From Nanobdellota archaeon (lineage in GTDB: Archaea > Nanobdellota > Nanobdellia > Parvarchaeales > Parvarchaeaceae): a stretch of 64,000 nucleotides of DNA. Location: positions 32,655 through 96,654 of the forward strand of contig JAJYWD010000001.1 of NCBI GenBank assembly GCA_021791655.1. Direction: 5' to 3'. This document shows positions 1-10,213 of the stretch, piece after piece. Position numbers and translations under genes: made by a program. Each line of letters starts with the position of its first letter. Position 1 is the stretch's first letter. The notes below the pieces were generated by a model that did no database searches, was not told where the DNA came from, and worked only from the letters and a program-made list of their open reading frames with translations.

Positions 1-59
1 ATAGCATTTGTACTTCGCTTGATGCTCACTTTTATATCTTATGAAGTGATAAAGCATTT

Positions 60-1157
60 ATGGTCCTTTTGTTAGAATACGAGGGAAAGCGTTTGTTCGA
101 GGCTTATGGCATTCCAGTACCAACGCATCATCTTGTAAAGGGCATTAGGGACATAAGGTCTATCAGAACTGCTTCTGTAATCAAAGCCCAAGTACCCACC
201 GGGGGGAGGGGTAAACTAGGCGGAGTTGTAGCAGTTCGCACGGTAAGGGCTGCAAAGGCCGCACTAGAAAAGATAAAGACTATAGATTTCAACGGGTTTC
301 ACTCAAAATATTTTCTTATAGAAGAAGAAATCAGAAGGCAAGTCGAGCTTTACATAAGCATAACGCTCGACAGGAGCAAAAGGTCTGCTGTGCTGATAGT
401 CTCTAAGAAAGGGGGAATAAATATAGAGGAGGTTCCGGCTACTTTGATAAGCACGTATGAAGTGAATCAGTTAATAGGACTGCCAGAATACATAAAACGT
501 AACGCATTTGATAGGCTGGAACCTCCCGAAAAATTTAGGGACCAATTTTACCATATTTTAGACGCTCTTTGGCACCTGTATGTAAGCGAAGATGCGGAGC
601 TTGTAGAAATAAACCCCCTGGCCGTCACAGCAAATGGGTTGGTCGCTCTGGATTCAAAAGTTGTAGTGGAAGATGATTCACTTTTCAGACATCCTAATGT
701 AAAGGCACAGGTTAGTGGAGATGAGATAGAGCGTAAGGCCTCTGCGATGGGGATATCATTTGTCCGACTCAGTGGGGACATCGGACTCATCGCGAACGGC
801 GCAGGGCTAACAATGGCAACGATAGATCAAATTTCTACGAACGGAGGTAAACCTGGCGACTTTCTGGATTTGGGGGGTACGGACGACCCAGCAAGGGTAT
901 ATGACGCTTTTTCTATAGTTGCACTGTCAAAACCTAGAGTATTACTAGTCAATATATTTGGGGGAGTAACTAAGTGCGATACTGTAGCTATGGGAATAGT
1001 AAGAGCTATTGACAAGTTCAGGCCGGTTTTTCCAGTTGTAGTGAGATTGAGCGGCTTTAATGAGGAGAAAGGCGTAGAACTACTCAAAGCTAGAAATATA
1101 ACTGCCTTTAGGGAAATGAACGTTGCAGTTACAGAGGCGATTAGGCTATCCGTTTGA
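60..1157 (+). CDS. sucC: Succinyl-CoA synthetase (ADP-forming) beta subunit
   Basis: 365 aa with an ATP-grasp N-terminus (MVLLLEYEGKRLFEAYGIPVP...) and a CoA-ligase C-terminal domain. Stop overlaps the sucD start by 4 nt (ATGA). Confidence 0.85.
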   Translation: MVLLLEYEGKRLFEAYGIPVPTHHLVKGIRDIRSIRTASVIKAQVPTGGRGKLGGVVAVRTVRAAKAALEKIKTIDFNGFHSKYFLIEEEIRRQVELYISITLDRSKRSAVLIVSKKGGINIEEVPATLISTYEVNQLIGLPEYIKRNAFDRLEPPEKFRDQFYHILDALWHLYVSEDAELVEINPLAVTANGLVALDSKVVVEDDSLFRHPNVKAQVSGDEIERKASAMGISFVRLSGDIGLIANGAGLTMATIDQISTNGGKPGDFLDLGGTDDPARVYDAFSIVALSKPRVLLVNIFGGVTKCDTVAMGIVRAIDKFRPVFPVVVRLSGFNEEKGVELLKARNITAFREMNVAVTEAIRLSV

Positions 1158-2026
1158 TTATGGCAATTCTATTAACCGGCAACAGCAAAATTATAGTGCA
1201 GGGAATAACTGGCCATCAGGGACAATTCCATACCAAAGCCATGCTAAATTTTGGCACAAACGTGGTAGCAGGTGTAACTCCAGGAAAGGCTGGTGAAAAC
1301 GTGTATGGCGTAAAAGTTTATGATAACGTAAGGTCTGCCGTTGACGAAACTAAAGCAGATACCGCCGTTGTGTTTGTGCCTGCCCCTTTCGTTAAAGATG
1401 CTGTTATAGAAGACATTGATGCCGGGTTGAGTCTCGTGGTTATAGTAACCGAACACGTCCCTTTTCATGATGTTATTGACCTCTTGGAATACGGCCAAAG
1501 CAAAGTTACTAGAATAATAGGACCTAATTGCCCAGGCATAGCTTCTTCCGGGCTTTCCAAAGCAGGAATAATCCCCAATAGCATCTTAAAGCCCGGTAAT
1601 ATAGGTGTTCTTTCTAGGAGTGGCACCCTCACCTATGAAATAGTGAATCAGATAACAAAAGCTGGCCTAGGCGAGAGTACTGTAATAGGTCTCGGCGGGG
1701 ATAAGGTGGTCGGTAGCACATTTACAGATCTGTTATCATTGTTTGAAAATGATGCGCAGACATCTGCGGTTGTTATGGTCGGCGAAATAGGGGGCAGCGC
1801 AGAAGAGGATGCGGCGGACTTCATAAAGAAAAATTTCTCAAAACCTGTAATAGGTTTCATAGCCGGAAAGTATGCACCTCCGGGTAAAAGGATGGGTCAT
1901 GCGGGTGCGATAATATCTGGCAATAAAGGCACTGCCAATAGCAAGATAACTGCCCTGGAAAGTGCAGGCGCACTAATAGCGGCCTCACCCGAAGAGGTTC
2001 CTAGACTCCTTCTCGAATCTATCTGA
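1154..2026 (+). CDS. sucD: Succinyl-CoA synthetase alpha subunit
   Basis: 290 aa with a CoA-binding Rossmann N-terminus and the phosphohistidine loop MGHAGAIISG. Translationally coupled to sucC. Confidence 0.9.
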   Translation: MIMAILLTGNSKIIVQGITGHQGQFHTKAMLNFGTNVVAGVTPGKAGENVYGVKVYDNVRSAVDETKADTAVVFVPAPFVKDAVIEDIDAGLSLVVIVTEHVPFHDVIDLLEYGQSKVTRIIGPNCPGIASSGLSKAGIIPNSILKPGNIGVLSRSGTLTYEIVNQITKAGLGESTVIGLGGDKVVGSTFTDLLSLFENDAQTSAVVMVGEIGGSAEEDAADFIKKNFSKPVIGFIAGKYAPPGKRMGHAGAIISGNKGTANSKITALESAGALIAASPEEVPRLLLESI

Positions 2027-2755
2027 AGTTATAGATACTTCAAGAAGGTCTTTTGCGATTATAAGTTCCCCATCGTAATATTTGGACGCTTCTTCTATGT
2101 ACTCTTTTTCATCGTCTTCCACTGGGGAAAAATGTGTGAGGACAAGTTTCTTTATGTTTATATCACTTGCCATTCTGGCGACCTCTTCTGCCGTGGAATG
2201 ATTCACTTTGTGTGCGTATTCTGCATGTCTATATAGAAAAGTAGCCTCGTGTATCAGCAAATCGCCTCCGGCAGCCAAATCTGCGATTGCCTGAGACGGC
2301 GCAGTATCTCCGGAATAAACTATGGTGACGCCATCAAAACTTATTTTATAAGCAAAACTTTCTGGCTTGTGTATTCCCCTTACGAATTTTACACCTAATT
2401 CATTTGGTGCCTTGAATAGAACCATAAATTTTATTGCCTGTTTTGGGAGTGCCGAAAGCCTAAATGCCGCCTTTAATGCCCTTCGTACGCTTTCTGATGA
2501 GATTACTGTGAGGGGTTTTGTTCTTTCCTCTAAAGCCATAGCCCATAAAAAGCTTACGAAATCCCAGTAATGATCTGCATGAAGATGCGAAATATATATC
2601 TCTTCTATTTGATCAAGTTCTAATCCTAACTTTCTGAAGTTGGATAGGCTGCCAAATCCGCAGTCGATCAGCTTATTTCCGAAAATAAAGCTTGCACACG
2701 CTCGCCTCTCTGACACATACCCTCCGCCACTGCCGAGTATCACTAACTCTACCAT
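1985..2755 (-). CDS. Metallo-beta-lactamase fold hydrolase
   Basis: 256 aa with the motif HLHADHYWDF (HxHxDH) and downstream D and H ligands. Its 3' end overlaps the sucD 3' end by 42 nt (convergent). Confidence 0.7.
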   Translation of the reverse strand: MVELVILGSGGGYVSERRACASFIFGNKLIDCGFGSLSNFRKLGLELDQIEEIYISHLHADHYWDFVSFLWAMALEERTKPLTVISSESVRRALKAAFRLSALPKQAIKFMVLFKAPNELGVKFVRGIHKPESFAYKISFDGVTIVYSGDTAPSQAIADLAAGGDLLIHEATFLYRHAEYAHKVNHSTAEEVARMASDINIKKLVLTHFSPVEDDEKEYIEEASKYYDGELIIAKDLLEVSITSDRFEKESRNLFG

Positions 2756-2978
2756 ATGAACATTAGGCTTTCTTGATTTAATTATTTTGCTCTTGATAAA
2801 GAGACATATATAAGACGAGCCTATAATTTATAATTGTGGGCTTAACTCTTAAAGCATACAGCACTCTCAGTGCCAACAGTCGAAGCACTTTATAAGTCAT
2901 AAGAACCTAATTTTGAACGGTAAGTATAATATGTCTATATAATTATCAAAAAATCTTAGGTCTTTATGTTAATATTAA

Positions 2979-3060
2979 CGCCGGGTGCAGGATTTGAACC
3001 TACGAACCCTTTCGGGAACTCGCTCTCAAGGCGAGCGCGTTGCCACTCCGCCAACCCGGC
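2979..3060 (-). tRNA. tRNA-Ser (anticodon UGA)
   Basis: Reverse complement reads GCCGGGTTGGCGGAGTGGCAACGCGCTCGCCTTGAGAGCGAGTTCCCGAAAGGGTTCGTAGGTTCAAATCCTGCACCCGGCG. It has a 7-bp acceptor stem, anticodon loop CTTGAGA, a long variable arm and a TTCAAAT T-loop. No encoded CCA. Confidence 0.8.
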
Positions 3061-3099
3061 AATACTAATATATAATTTGTTTCGATTTTATAGTTAAAT

Positions 3100-3912
3100 A
3101 TGATACTGAGAGTTACTGATTTCAGTTTGGATAAAACTTTGAATGCCGGGCAAACTTTTGCCTGGGAGAAAAAGGACGGGGTATGGCTGTCCGCCACTAG
3201 TAACCCGATTATAGTCCGTCAGACGAACCCGGAGGAGCTTGAATATTACGGTGTAACAGAAAATGTAATCAAGGAGAAACTGGGCATGAACGATGACATT
3301 GACTCAATAAATGCTGAAATAGACAAGGACGATTTCATAGATAAGGCCATAGAGTACTCTAAGGGGTTAAGAGTCGTACAAGACGGCATTTGGCCCGCCA
3401 CCTTAGGTTTTTTATTGTCTATACAATCGAACATTCCATTGATTCTTAAGAGAATACGCGTTTTATCTGGAAAGTACGGTGAACATAAAGAACTAGAAAG
3501 TATAAAATTTAACGGGTTTCCAGATTACACTAAGATTTTTGACGGCGGCATAGAAGCACTTAAAGAACTTAAATTAGGCTTTAGATACAAGTTTGTATTC
3601 TCGGCTGCGAAATTCTTCGCCGAGACCGAAATATCAAATGACATAGAAGAGATTAAGGTGCAGCTCTTGTCTATAACCGGTGTGGGAGAAAAAGTTTTGG
3701 ATTGTATACTTCTCTACGGTCTGCACGATCTATCGGCGTTTCCGATGGATGTCTGGATAAGCAGGATAATTTACAAACATTATAGTCACATCCTAAAAGA
3801 CGCTAAAAAGTACGCTGATGCTAGGGAGCTTATGGCGGGATATTTCGGTAGGTACGCTGGCTATGCCCAGCTCTTTCTCTATAACTACTCAAGGTTAAAC
3901 AAGCTAAAGTGA
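3100..3912 (+). CDS. ogg: 8-oxoguanine DNA glycosylase/AP lyase (HhH-GPD superfamily, Ogg-like)
   Basis: 270 aa with the HhH-GPD motif ITGVGEKVLDCILLYGL and the catalytic Asp region AFPMDVWISR. N-terminal beta domain contains TFAW. Confidence 0.65.
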   Translation: MILRVTDFSLDKTLNAGQTFAWEKKDGVWLSATSNPIIVRQTNPEELEYYGVTENVIKEKLGMNDDIDSINAEIDKDDFIDKAIEYSKGLRVVQDGIWPATLGFLLSIQSNIPLILKRIRVLSGKYGEHKELESIKFNGFPDYTKIFDGGIEALKELKLGFRYKFVFSAAKFFAETEISNDIEEIKVQLLSITGVGEKVLDCILLYGLHDLSAFPMDVWISRIIYKHYSHILKDAKKYADARELMAGYFGRYAGYAQLFLYNYSRLNKLK

Positions 3913-3919
3913 CCGAATT

Positions 3920-5026
3920 CTACAACTGCCTCACGGACATCTTGGAAATAGACTCTTCTATCAATTTATCCATACCAATCTGTATTTCCAACGCCTTTAG
4001 AATGTCTCTTTTTGCGCTCGTTATCGGGTTGCTTGAAACTATTGAGCAACAATCGCGGTATTTTTCTATGGAATTTTCGTACGTCCCGTAAGTCCTTGCT
4101 AGACTTATTATTTCTTCCTTGTTTTTGGTGATTAATGGCCGAAATACCGGAACGTTTATACCGTAACTTACTGCATTTAGGTTGTCTAATGTCTGCGATG
4201 CAACTTGGGATATGGAGTCGCCGGTTGCTACCCCTTTGTAGTCGTATGTGTCTGCCAGCTTCTCTGCTAGTTTCAATAAGAACCGCTTGAAAAGCACAAG
4301 CTCGTATCTACTGTTTATCTCAGCGGCTCTTATAGCAAAGTCGTGGAATGGAACCAGATAAAGCTTTGCCTCTGAGGTTTCAGAAATTGTCCTGGCTATG
4401 CTGAATATCTTACTGTTTAGGACTCCGTCAACGGTGGGTAGCGCATATACATGCAACAAGTCGACCACACATCCGCGTTTCATAAGCTCGAACGGTATAA
4501 CCGCCGAATCTATACCACCCGAGAATAAACTTAAGACTTTACCTGCGCTCCCAATAGGCATTCCGCCCATGCATCTCTTAATATTATAGTTAATTACGAA
4601 GTTGTCTTTCATTATTTCTACCCTTATTTTGTATCCTAAACTGTCAGACTTTAATTTTAGAGCCTTCATTATTTCCCCCTTTACTAGCAGAGAAGTGCTT
4701 CCAAAGCTCTTGTCTATGCGCCTTACGTCTATGTTAACCGCCTTTGCTCCGTTCAGCGACAAAAGGCTTCGTATGTTTTCTTTCAGCGCCTCAAGGTCCC
4801 TTTCCATTATAATTGCGTCGCCAATCCAAGAGATCCCGGGTGTAAGTGCTAATTTCTTTGTCGTTCTGTCATCCCAACGCTCCAAAAATAGTCTTCCTCG
4901 CGATTTTGTGGGCGTTATTTCCGTAGCACTTTTTATGTTATCGTATAGTAGCTTCTCGAATTTGGGTCTCAGTTTTCCCTTGAGCGTAAGCTCGTCATAG
5001 TGCACGCTTATTACTTCCTTATTCAT
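3920..5026 (-). CDS. thiI: tRNA 4-thiouridine synthase ThiI (THUMP + PP-loop, no rhodanese domain)
   Basis: 368 aa with the PP-loop SGGIDS. An N-terminal THUMP-like region precedes it. Overlaps the archease stop by 4 nt. Confidence 0.8.
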   Translation of the reverse strand: MNKEVISVHYDELTLKGKLRPKFEKLLYDNIKSATEITPTKSRGRLFLERWDDRTTKKLALTPGISWIGDAIIMERDLEALKENIRSLLSLNGAKAVNIDVRRIDKSFGSTSLLVKGEIMKALKLKSDSLGYKIRVEIMKDNFVINYNIKRCMGGMPIGSAGKVLSLFSGGIDSAVIPFELMKRGCVVDLLHVYALPTVDGVLNSKIFSIARTISETSEAKLYLVPFHDFAIRAAEINSRYELVLFKRFLLKLAEKLADTYDYKGVATGDSISQVASQTLDNLNAVSYGINVPVFRPLITKNKEEIISLARTYGTYENSIEKYRDCCSIVSSNPITSAKRDILKALEIQIGMDKLIEESISKMSVRQL

Positions 5027-5454
5027 ATATCAAGAACTGCTCTAGCAAACCATCCTTTATCTGTTTTCTCAATCTCAAACATGTGCATTGTAACTGCCTT
5101 TACGTCCACCAAGAACTCGTGCCTTTTAGGATCAAGTTTGTCCCCGTAAACAGAGAATATACCGTTCCAATTGCCCGAAGATTCGCGTATATCGGATTCG
5201 AACCTGTTAAACACAAGCTGTTCAGTGTCCTTATAAAATACAAGTTTTTCTAGAAAATCGAAAAGGAGTTTTTCTATATCTTCAGTCTCGATTGAGAATA
5301 CACGCTTTATTCTCGGTTTTATGTCGGCTAGATTCTTTATCATGGTATTTATAAGCGCAGCCCCGCACGATGCAAACAGCTCTTGCACCGTAGGCGCCTC
5401 CGCTTCGAAAGCTACGTCCGATACAGTCGTATCCTCCACAAATTTGTAAGCCAT
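5023..5454 (-). CDS. Archease (RtcB cofactor)
   Basis: 143 aa, MAYKFVEDTTVSDVAFEAEA..., of typical archease size and N-terminus. Lies immediately downstream of rtcB. Confidence 0.8.
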   Translation of the reverse strand: MAYKFVEDTTVSDVAFEAEAPTVQELFASCGAALINTMIKNLADIKPRIKRVFSIETEDIEKLLFDFLEKLVFYKDTEQLVFNRFESDIRESSGNWNGIFSVYGDKLDPKRHEFLVDVKAVTMHMFEIEKTDKGWFARAVLDI

Positions 5455-5455
5455 A

Positions 5456-6925
5456 TCAGCCCTTCACGTTGGCGAGCGGTATGAATTTGCATACCTTTTT
5501 AGACAGCCCTGCTTTGTCTACCGAATTTACCACCTCATCTATATCCTTGTAGCTCTCACCGCCCTCCTCCGCTAATCCAGACCAGGATACGCTCTTTACA
5601 TAGATGCCGTTCTTTAGCATCTTTTGGAAGAGCTCTTTGCCGTTAGTTGTTTTTCTAGCCCTTGTGCGACTCATAGTTCTTCCGCTGCCGTGTGCGGTAG
5701 AGTCGAAAGTATCATCCGCATTTGATCCTCCTACAAGTAGGTACGATCCGGTTTCCATGCTACCACCTATTATAACTGGCGACCCGTCTGCCCTGAACTT
5801 CTTTGGTATCTCTCTGCGTCCCGGCGGGTAAGAACCGGTGCTTCCCTTTCTGTGTACAAGCAATTCTTTAGCCTCGCCGTCTACCTCGTGCTCTTCGAGC
5901 GAGGCTCTGTTATGGGCTATGTCAAATAGCTGGCGCAGCCCGAGTTTTTCTGCATCTTTCTTGAACGTTTCTGAGAAAGCCTCCCTTATCCTGTGAAGGA
6001 TTAACTGTCTATTGGCGAAACTTATGTTTATGCCACAGCCCATCGCTTTATAGTAATCCCGACCCTCATTAGAGTTGAACGGTGCGCACGCGAGTTCTTT
6101 ATCGTTGACTTTTATTTTGTATTTCCTTTCCATTACTTTAAGAAATATCTGGATATAATCGCTCGCTATCTGATGGCCAGCACCTCTCGAGCCCGTGTGG
6201 AACATTATAACTACTTGGTTAGGGAAAAGACCCCACTTTTTTGCGATGGCGCTGTCTTTTATGTTTTCAGGTTTTATATATTGTATCTCTAGGTAATGAT
6301 TTCCTGAACCCAAAGTCCCTATCTGTGTTACCCCTCTCTGCACTGCTTTCTCTGATATCTTTGAGTCGTCTGCCCAGTCGGCAATGCCGTTCAGTTCCGT
6401 TGCGTCTAAGTCTTCCTTCCAGCCGTACCCCTTTTTTATAGCCCATTTAGAACCGCTTTCAGCGAGTTCAACGAAGTCCTGTTTTGATAGGGCCAATTTG
6501 CTTTTGCTTCCGACGCCTGCAGGGACCTTCTTGAACAGAGCGTCTGTAAGTTCTTTTATCTTTGGTCTTATATCTTCTAATGTAAGACTGGTTAATACCA
6601 ATCTCATTCCACAATTAATGTCGAATCCCACGATGCCAGGCGATATTACTCCCCCCTTGTGTATGTCAAAAGCAGATACACCGCCGATTGGACTACCGTA
6701 ACCGCTGTGCCCGTCCGCCATGACAAAAGAGTATTTCGTTATGCCGGGTATCATTGCTATGTTAGCGGCCTGGTCGAATACCTGTAAATCCATCTCTTTT
6801 AAAAGCTTCTCTGATGCATACACCCTGACCGGCACGCGCATTCCTTCTTTGAAAGTTTCTGGGATTTCCCAGGTAACATTAGAGACTCTTTTGAACTCCG
6901 GTTTCTTTAAATCGACGTTTTGCAT
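5456..6925 (-). CDS. rtcB: RNA-splicing ligase RtcB
   Basis: 489 aa. RtcB signatures are present throughout (…GHSGYGSPIGG…, …FHTGSRGAGHQIASDY…, …AHGSGRTMSR…). Confidence 0.9.
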   Translation of the reverse strand: MQNVDLKKPEFKRVSNVTWEIPETFKEGMRVPVRVYASEKLLKEMDLQVFDQAANIAMIPGITKYSFVMADGHSGYGSPIGGVSAFDIHKGGVISPGIVGFDINCGMRLVLTSLTLEDIRPKIKELTDALFKKVPAGVGSKSKLALSKQDFVELAESGSKWAIKKGYGWKEDLDATELNGIADWADDSKISEKAVQRGVTQIGTLGSGNHYLEIQYIKPENIKDSAIAKKWGLFPNQVVIMFHTGSRGAGHQIASDYIQIFLKVMERKYKIKVNDKELACAPFNSNEGRDYYKAMGCGINISFANRQLILHRIREAFSETFKKDAEKLGLRQLFDIAHNRASLEEHEVDGEAKELLVHRKGSTGSYPPGRREIPKKFRADGSPVIIGGSMETGSYLLVGGSNADDTFDSTAHGSGRTMSRTRARKTTNGKELFQKMLKNGIYVKSVSWSGLAEEGGESYKDIDEVVNSVDKAGLSKKVCKFIPLANVKG

Positions 6926-7034
6926 ACCCCTAAAAGGTAGTTATGACTTATTATATTTTTATGATCAGGACACGGCGTGCGGATTATCTTGTGCCACATC
7001 ACGCGCAGGATAATCCCTATGTGTCTATTGCGGG

Positions 7035-7811
7035 TTACTCCTTTGAACTTTTCATCCCTTCATACTGCTCTATTACACCGTGGTTCTCTTTTGTCATTTT
7101 AAAGTTCTTTTTAATCTGCTCTACGATGGCTTCTTTTTCTAGTCTTTTTGACGCTATCACGATTATATTTCCTGATAGTAACGGCCTTATCTCATATACT
7201 TTGAATAGCCTTTCAAGTCTGTATAAGTAGCTCTGAAGGTTTATGAAAGCCTTGAAATTCAGCGCATAATTTATTGCCAGTATTCCATCATCGCTTAAGG
7301 CGTTGAAGGCGTCTTTTACGAATTCTTCCCCAAGAAAGACTTCCGGTATGTAATCCGCTTCGTACGCGTCCAGTATCACCACGTCATAACCGCTAGCCCT
7401 TTTTATGTACTTTGCTCCGTCATCCAGTAGTATTTTGAATTTCTTTGCATCATTACCGAGAAATTTCTTGGCCAATTTTATTATTTTCTCATTTATCTCG
7501 ACCGTATCCACTTTTATGCCCTTTTTGTATATTCTAGTCAGCTGCATAGCTACGGTTCCGCCGCCGAGACCTATCATGAGTACCTTCGGCTTTTTGTATA
7601 AGGACGGCAGTGGCGTGAAATAATCCCAATAATAACCCGTGTAAATAGAGTTCTTTATTATCCTAGAATATACTATGTCATTGAATTTGAGTGTCTTGCC
7701 CTCATCCGAGCCTGCAATCCACAGCTTATCTTCGCCGTAGCGCTCTTCGGCCAGCGTCTCATCGCCCTTTATGCGCTTTAGCACTTTTTGAAATACGTTC
7801 ATATAAATCAC
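7035..7811 (-). CDS. Spermidine/spermine synthase-like SAM-dependent aminopropyltransferase
   Basis: 258 aa with a Rossmann Gly-rich loop VLMIGLGGGTVAMQL and an acidic DVVILD motif typical of the polyamine aminopropyltransferase fold. Confidence 0.5.
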   Translation of the reverse strand: MIYMNVFQKVLKRIKGDETLAEERYGEDKLWIAGSDEGKTLKFNDIVYSRIIKNSIYTGYYWDYFTPLPSLYKKPKVLMIGLGGGTVAMQLTRIYKKGIKVDTVEINEKIIKLAKKFLGNDAKKFKILLDDGAKYIKRASGYDVVILDAYEADYIPEVFLGEEFVKDAFNALSDDGILAINYALNFKAFINLQSYLYRLERLFKVYEIRPLLSGNIIVIASKRLEKEAIVEQIKKNFKMTKENHGVIEQYEGMKSSKE

Positions 7812-10069
7812 TTAGCGCTCCAACCGGGCCACCAATTGTATTTGGATAATACGAACATCATGGCTGGTATAACGAATAAGATCGATATAAAAGTATCCAG
7901 AAGTATACCTATAGCTACAACAAAGCCTATCTCCGACAGCATAGGTATACCGCTGACTGAAAGTGAAAGGAACATAGCCGCAAGTATCACACCCACGCTT
8001 GCTATCACTGGCCCATTCTTCACAAGACCCTCCTTTATCGCTTCCTCGTTCCCCCCCTTTAGGTTTTCCTTTATCCTCATGACCAAAAAGATGTCGTAGT
8101 CTACGCCGACGCCCATTATATTCGTTATGAGGAAAAGCTGGGCTATAATTATTATCGGAAGTCCCAATGCATAGCGGAATAGAAGCGTCATCACAGCATT
8201 TGCTATAAAGACGATTGCTGCCAGCATTAATACGAGTCTAATCGGAGTGTAAAGAGAATAAATCTGAACGAATAGAATCAGAAATATGATCACTCCTAGT
8301 ATCAAAAGCAGCAGCGGAATATCCGCATGTATCGGATTAAAACCTTGTGCCATAGAAGCGGCAGTTCCTGATATTGTATAGTTGATTTTCCGATTTGAAA
8401 GCTGGCTATCTATGGAATTATACGCATTTATTGCTACCTTGGAGAATGCGGTATTGTTGATGAATGCCGTTATCTGTAATGTAGATGAGTTAATAGAAGT
8501 CTTAGTAAGTGCAATCCCCGGTGTTCCGTTTACCAGACTTATTATCGAACCAAAGGGCAGTGTGCCGGTTGTCGTCCTATTGACTCTTATCAACAGCGGC
8601 TCCAGCACGTCATAGCCGAATCCCTTAGTTTCTACGTAAAACGCATTTTTTGCCGCAGAGTTTGGTAGCAAACCCAGGAAGTTGAAGCCGGGTGCAACGT
8701 TTAGGAACACATAAATCGATGCGACCGCGACCGTAATAAAAATACCGATTATTAGTTTGCTGTGTTTATTATCAAACTCCACTATGCGTTCCAATATGCG
8801 TCTGGAACTCAGTCTTACGCTCTTATTGGGATACAATAGTTTATCTCCAAACACGTGCAAAAGTGCTGGCATGAGCGTTAGGGCGGAGACTAGGACTATG
8901 CTTACGCCTATCGCGTTTATAAGACCGGATGGGCCCAAGAACGCTAGATTGAACAAGTATAGAACTATATACGCCCCTATTACCGACAGACCACTGGTCA
9001 ACACCGCTCTTCCGGCCTTTGTTAGCGATGTTCTTGCCGATTTGGACTTGCTCGCCCCCGCTCGTCTCTCCTGTCTGTATCTGTACATTAGGTATACTAG
9101 GTAATCCGTCGCTAATCCCAGCATCAAAATCGAAGTCACGGCTGGGTCAAAGAATGACAGCGTACTGTTCAGAATGTACTTGAAAATTATGTAAAACACG
9201 CCGTATGCCATCGCGATATCCAATCCCACTATCGCTAATGGGACGAATGCTCCGACAAACGAGAAGAATAGCAGACCGGTTATTATCACAGCTATTATCA
9301 CACCGAAAAGCAGGGCTGTGGATGTCCCGGTGGACGTTGTGCTTTCGAGCGCGCTTACTAGCGGCCCGGAACCGGTGACATAAGCCCCTACTCCGAAGTC
9401 TTGGGATAGGTGTAGTGCTACAGAGCTAGAGTAACTGTCGTTCTCGTTTATTAAGTATACTATAGTCGTGTTGTCGCCGCGATTTATGAACGAAGCCATG
9501 GTGGTTGCATTTGGCAGAATTGGGTAGGAGCTGAGAGCGTATCTATGGCTTATGTACTGCGGTGTGGAATTGCTGTAATTATTTACTACGTCATTTATAA
9601 AAGAGGACAGCCCTTGGCCTACTGAAAATGCCCCCGCCTCACTATAGTTTACAGTACTGTTATACTCTAGTTCTTCGGTCTCACTGGTTATTAACTGCCT
9701 TAGTGCGGGACTCGCTGTGCTTGGTGACTGGTTGTACTGTGCATAGAGCAGAAGTTCGGTAGAGTCAGAAGAAATCTTTATTTGTCTGTACATAGCCGTT
9801 AAAAGGCTTAGCCCGGCGGAATAAATGGATCCATAACCTTCATTGTAAAAAGACTGGTTTAGCGCGGAGAACAACGGTTTCGACTGGTTTGACAGAAGAT
9901 TCGTTCCGTTTATGACAAGAACAGGGTCGTTTCCGCCGGTTATGTTGTACGACACGACATTAAAGAGTTTTACAGAAAATGGTAGCAGGACAAGAAAAGC
10001 AAGTAGCCATACGATCACTATGTACTTAGCGTTTTTCTCAGTCCAGATATCAAAATCTAAACCCATCAT
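7808..10069 (-). CDS. MMPL/RND-family membrane exporter
   Basis: 753 aa with two repeats of a roughly 6-TM bundle separated by large N-glycosylation-sequon-rich extracytoplasmic loops, the typical MMPL architecture. Overlaps the upstream gene by 4 nt. Confidence 0.75.
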   Translation of the reverse strand: MMGLDFDIWTEKNAKYIVIVWLLAFLVLLPFSVKLFNVVSYNITGGNDPVLVINGTNLLSNQSKPLFSALNQSFYNEGYGSIYSAGLSLLTAMYRQIKISSDSTELLLYAQYNQSPSTASPALRQLITSETEELEYNSTVNYSEAGAFSVGQGLSSFINDVVNNYSNSTPQYISHRYALSSYPILPNATTMASFINRGDNTTIVYLINENDSYSSSVALHLSQDFGVGAYVTGSGPLVSALESTTSTGTSTALLFGVIIAVIITGLLFFSFVGAFVPLAIVGLDIAMAYGVFYIIFKYILNSTLSFFDPAVTSILMLGLATDYLVYLMYRYRQERRAGASKSKSARTSLTKAGRAVLTSGLSVIGAYIVLYLFNLAFLGPSGLINAIGVSIVLVSALTLMPALLHVFGDKLLYPNKSVRLSSRRILERIVEFDNKHSKLIIGIFITVAVASIYVFLNVAPGFNFLGLLPNSAAKNAFYVETKGFGYDVLEPLLIRVNRTTTGTLPFGSIISLVNGTPGIALTKTSINSSTLQITAFINNTAFSKVAINAYNSIDSQLSNRKINYTISGTAASMAQGFNPIHADIPLLLLILGVIIFLILFVQIYSLYTPIRLVLMLAAIVFIANAVMTLLFRYALGLPIIIIAQLFLITNIMGVGVDYDIFLVMRIKENLKGGNEEAIKEGLVKNGPVIASVGVILAAMFLSLSVSGIPMLSEIGFVVAIGILLDTFISILFVIPAMMFVLSKYNWWPGWSAK

Positions 10070-10213
10070 AAATACACTCGCTTTCGCGTTTTATAAAAGG
10101 CGCTGCCCGTTTATGCAGTATTTGAAATTTTCAAATTTAAAGTAGTAAACTTTAAATACTAGTTAAGCTCTACTTAAACTATAAAGAAATATCACTATTA
10201 AAAGGAGTGAATT

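Noticed and set aside
3000-3197. 65-aa minus-strand ORF overlapping tRNA-Ser and the ogg start
   Set aside because: It overlaps a tRNA gene and a convincing CDS and has no motif. It is an artefact of the open frame.
3909-4091. 60-aa plus-strand ORF at the ogg/thiI junction
   Set aside because: It lies almost entirely within the 3' end of thiI on the opposite strand and has no motif.
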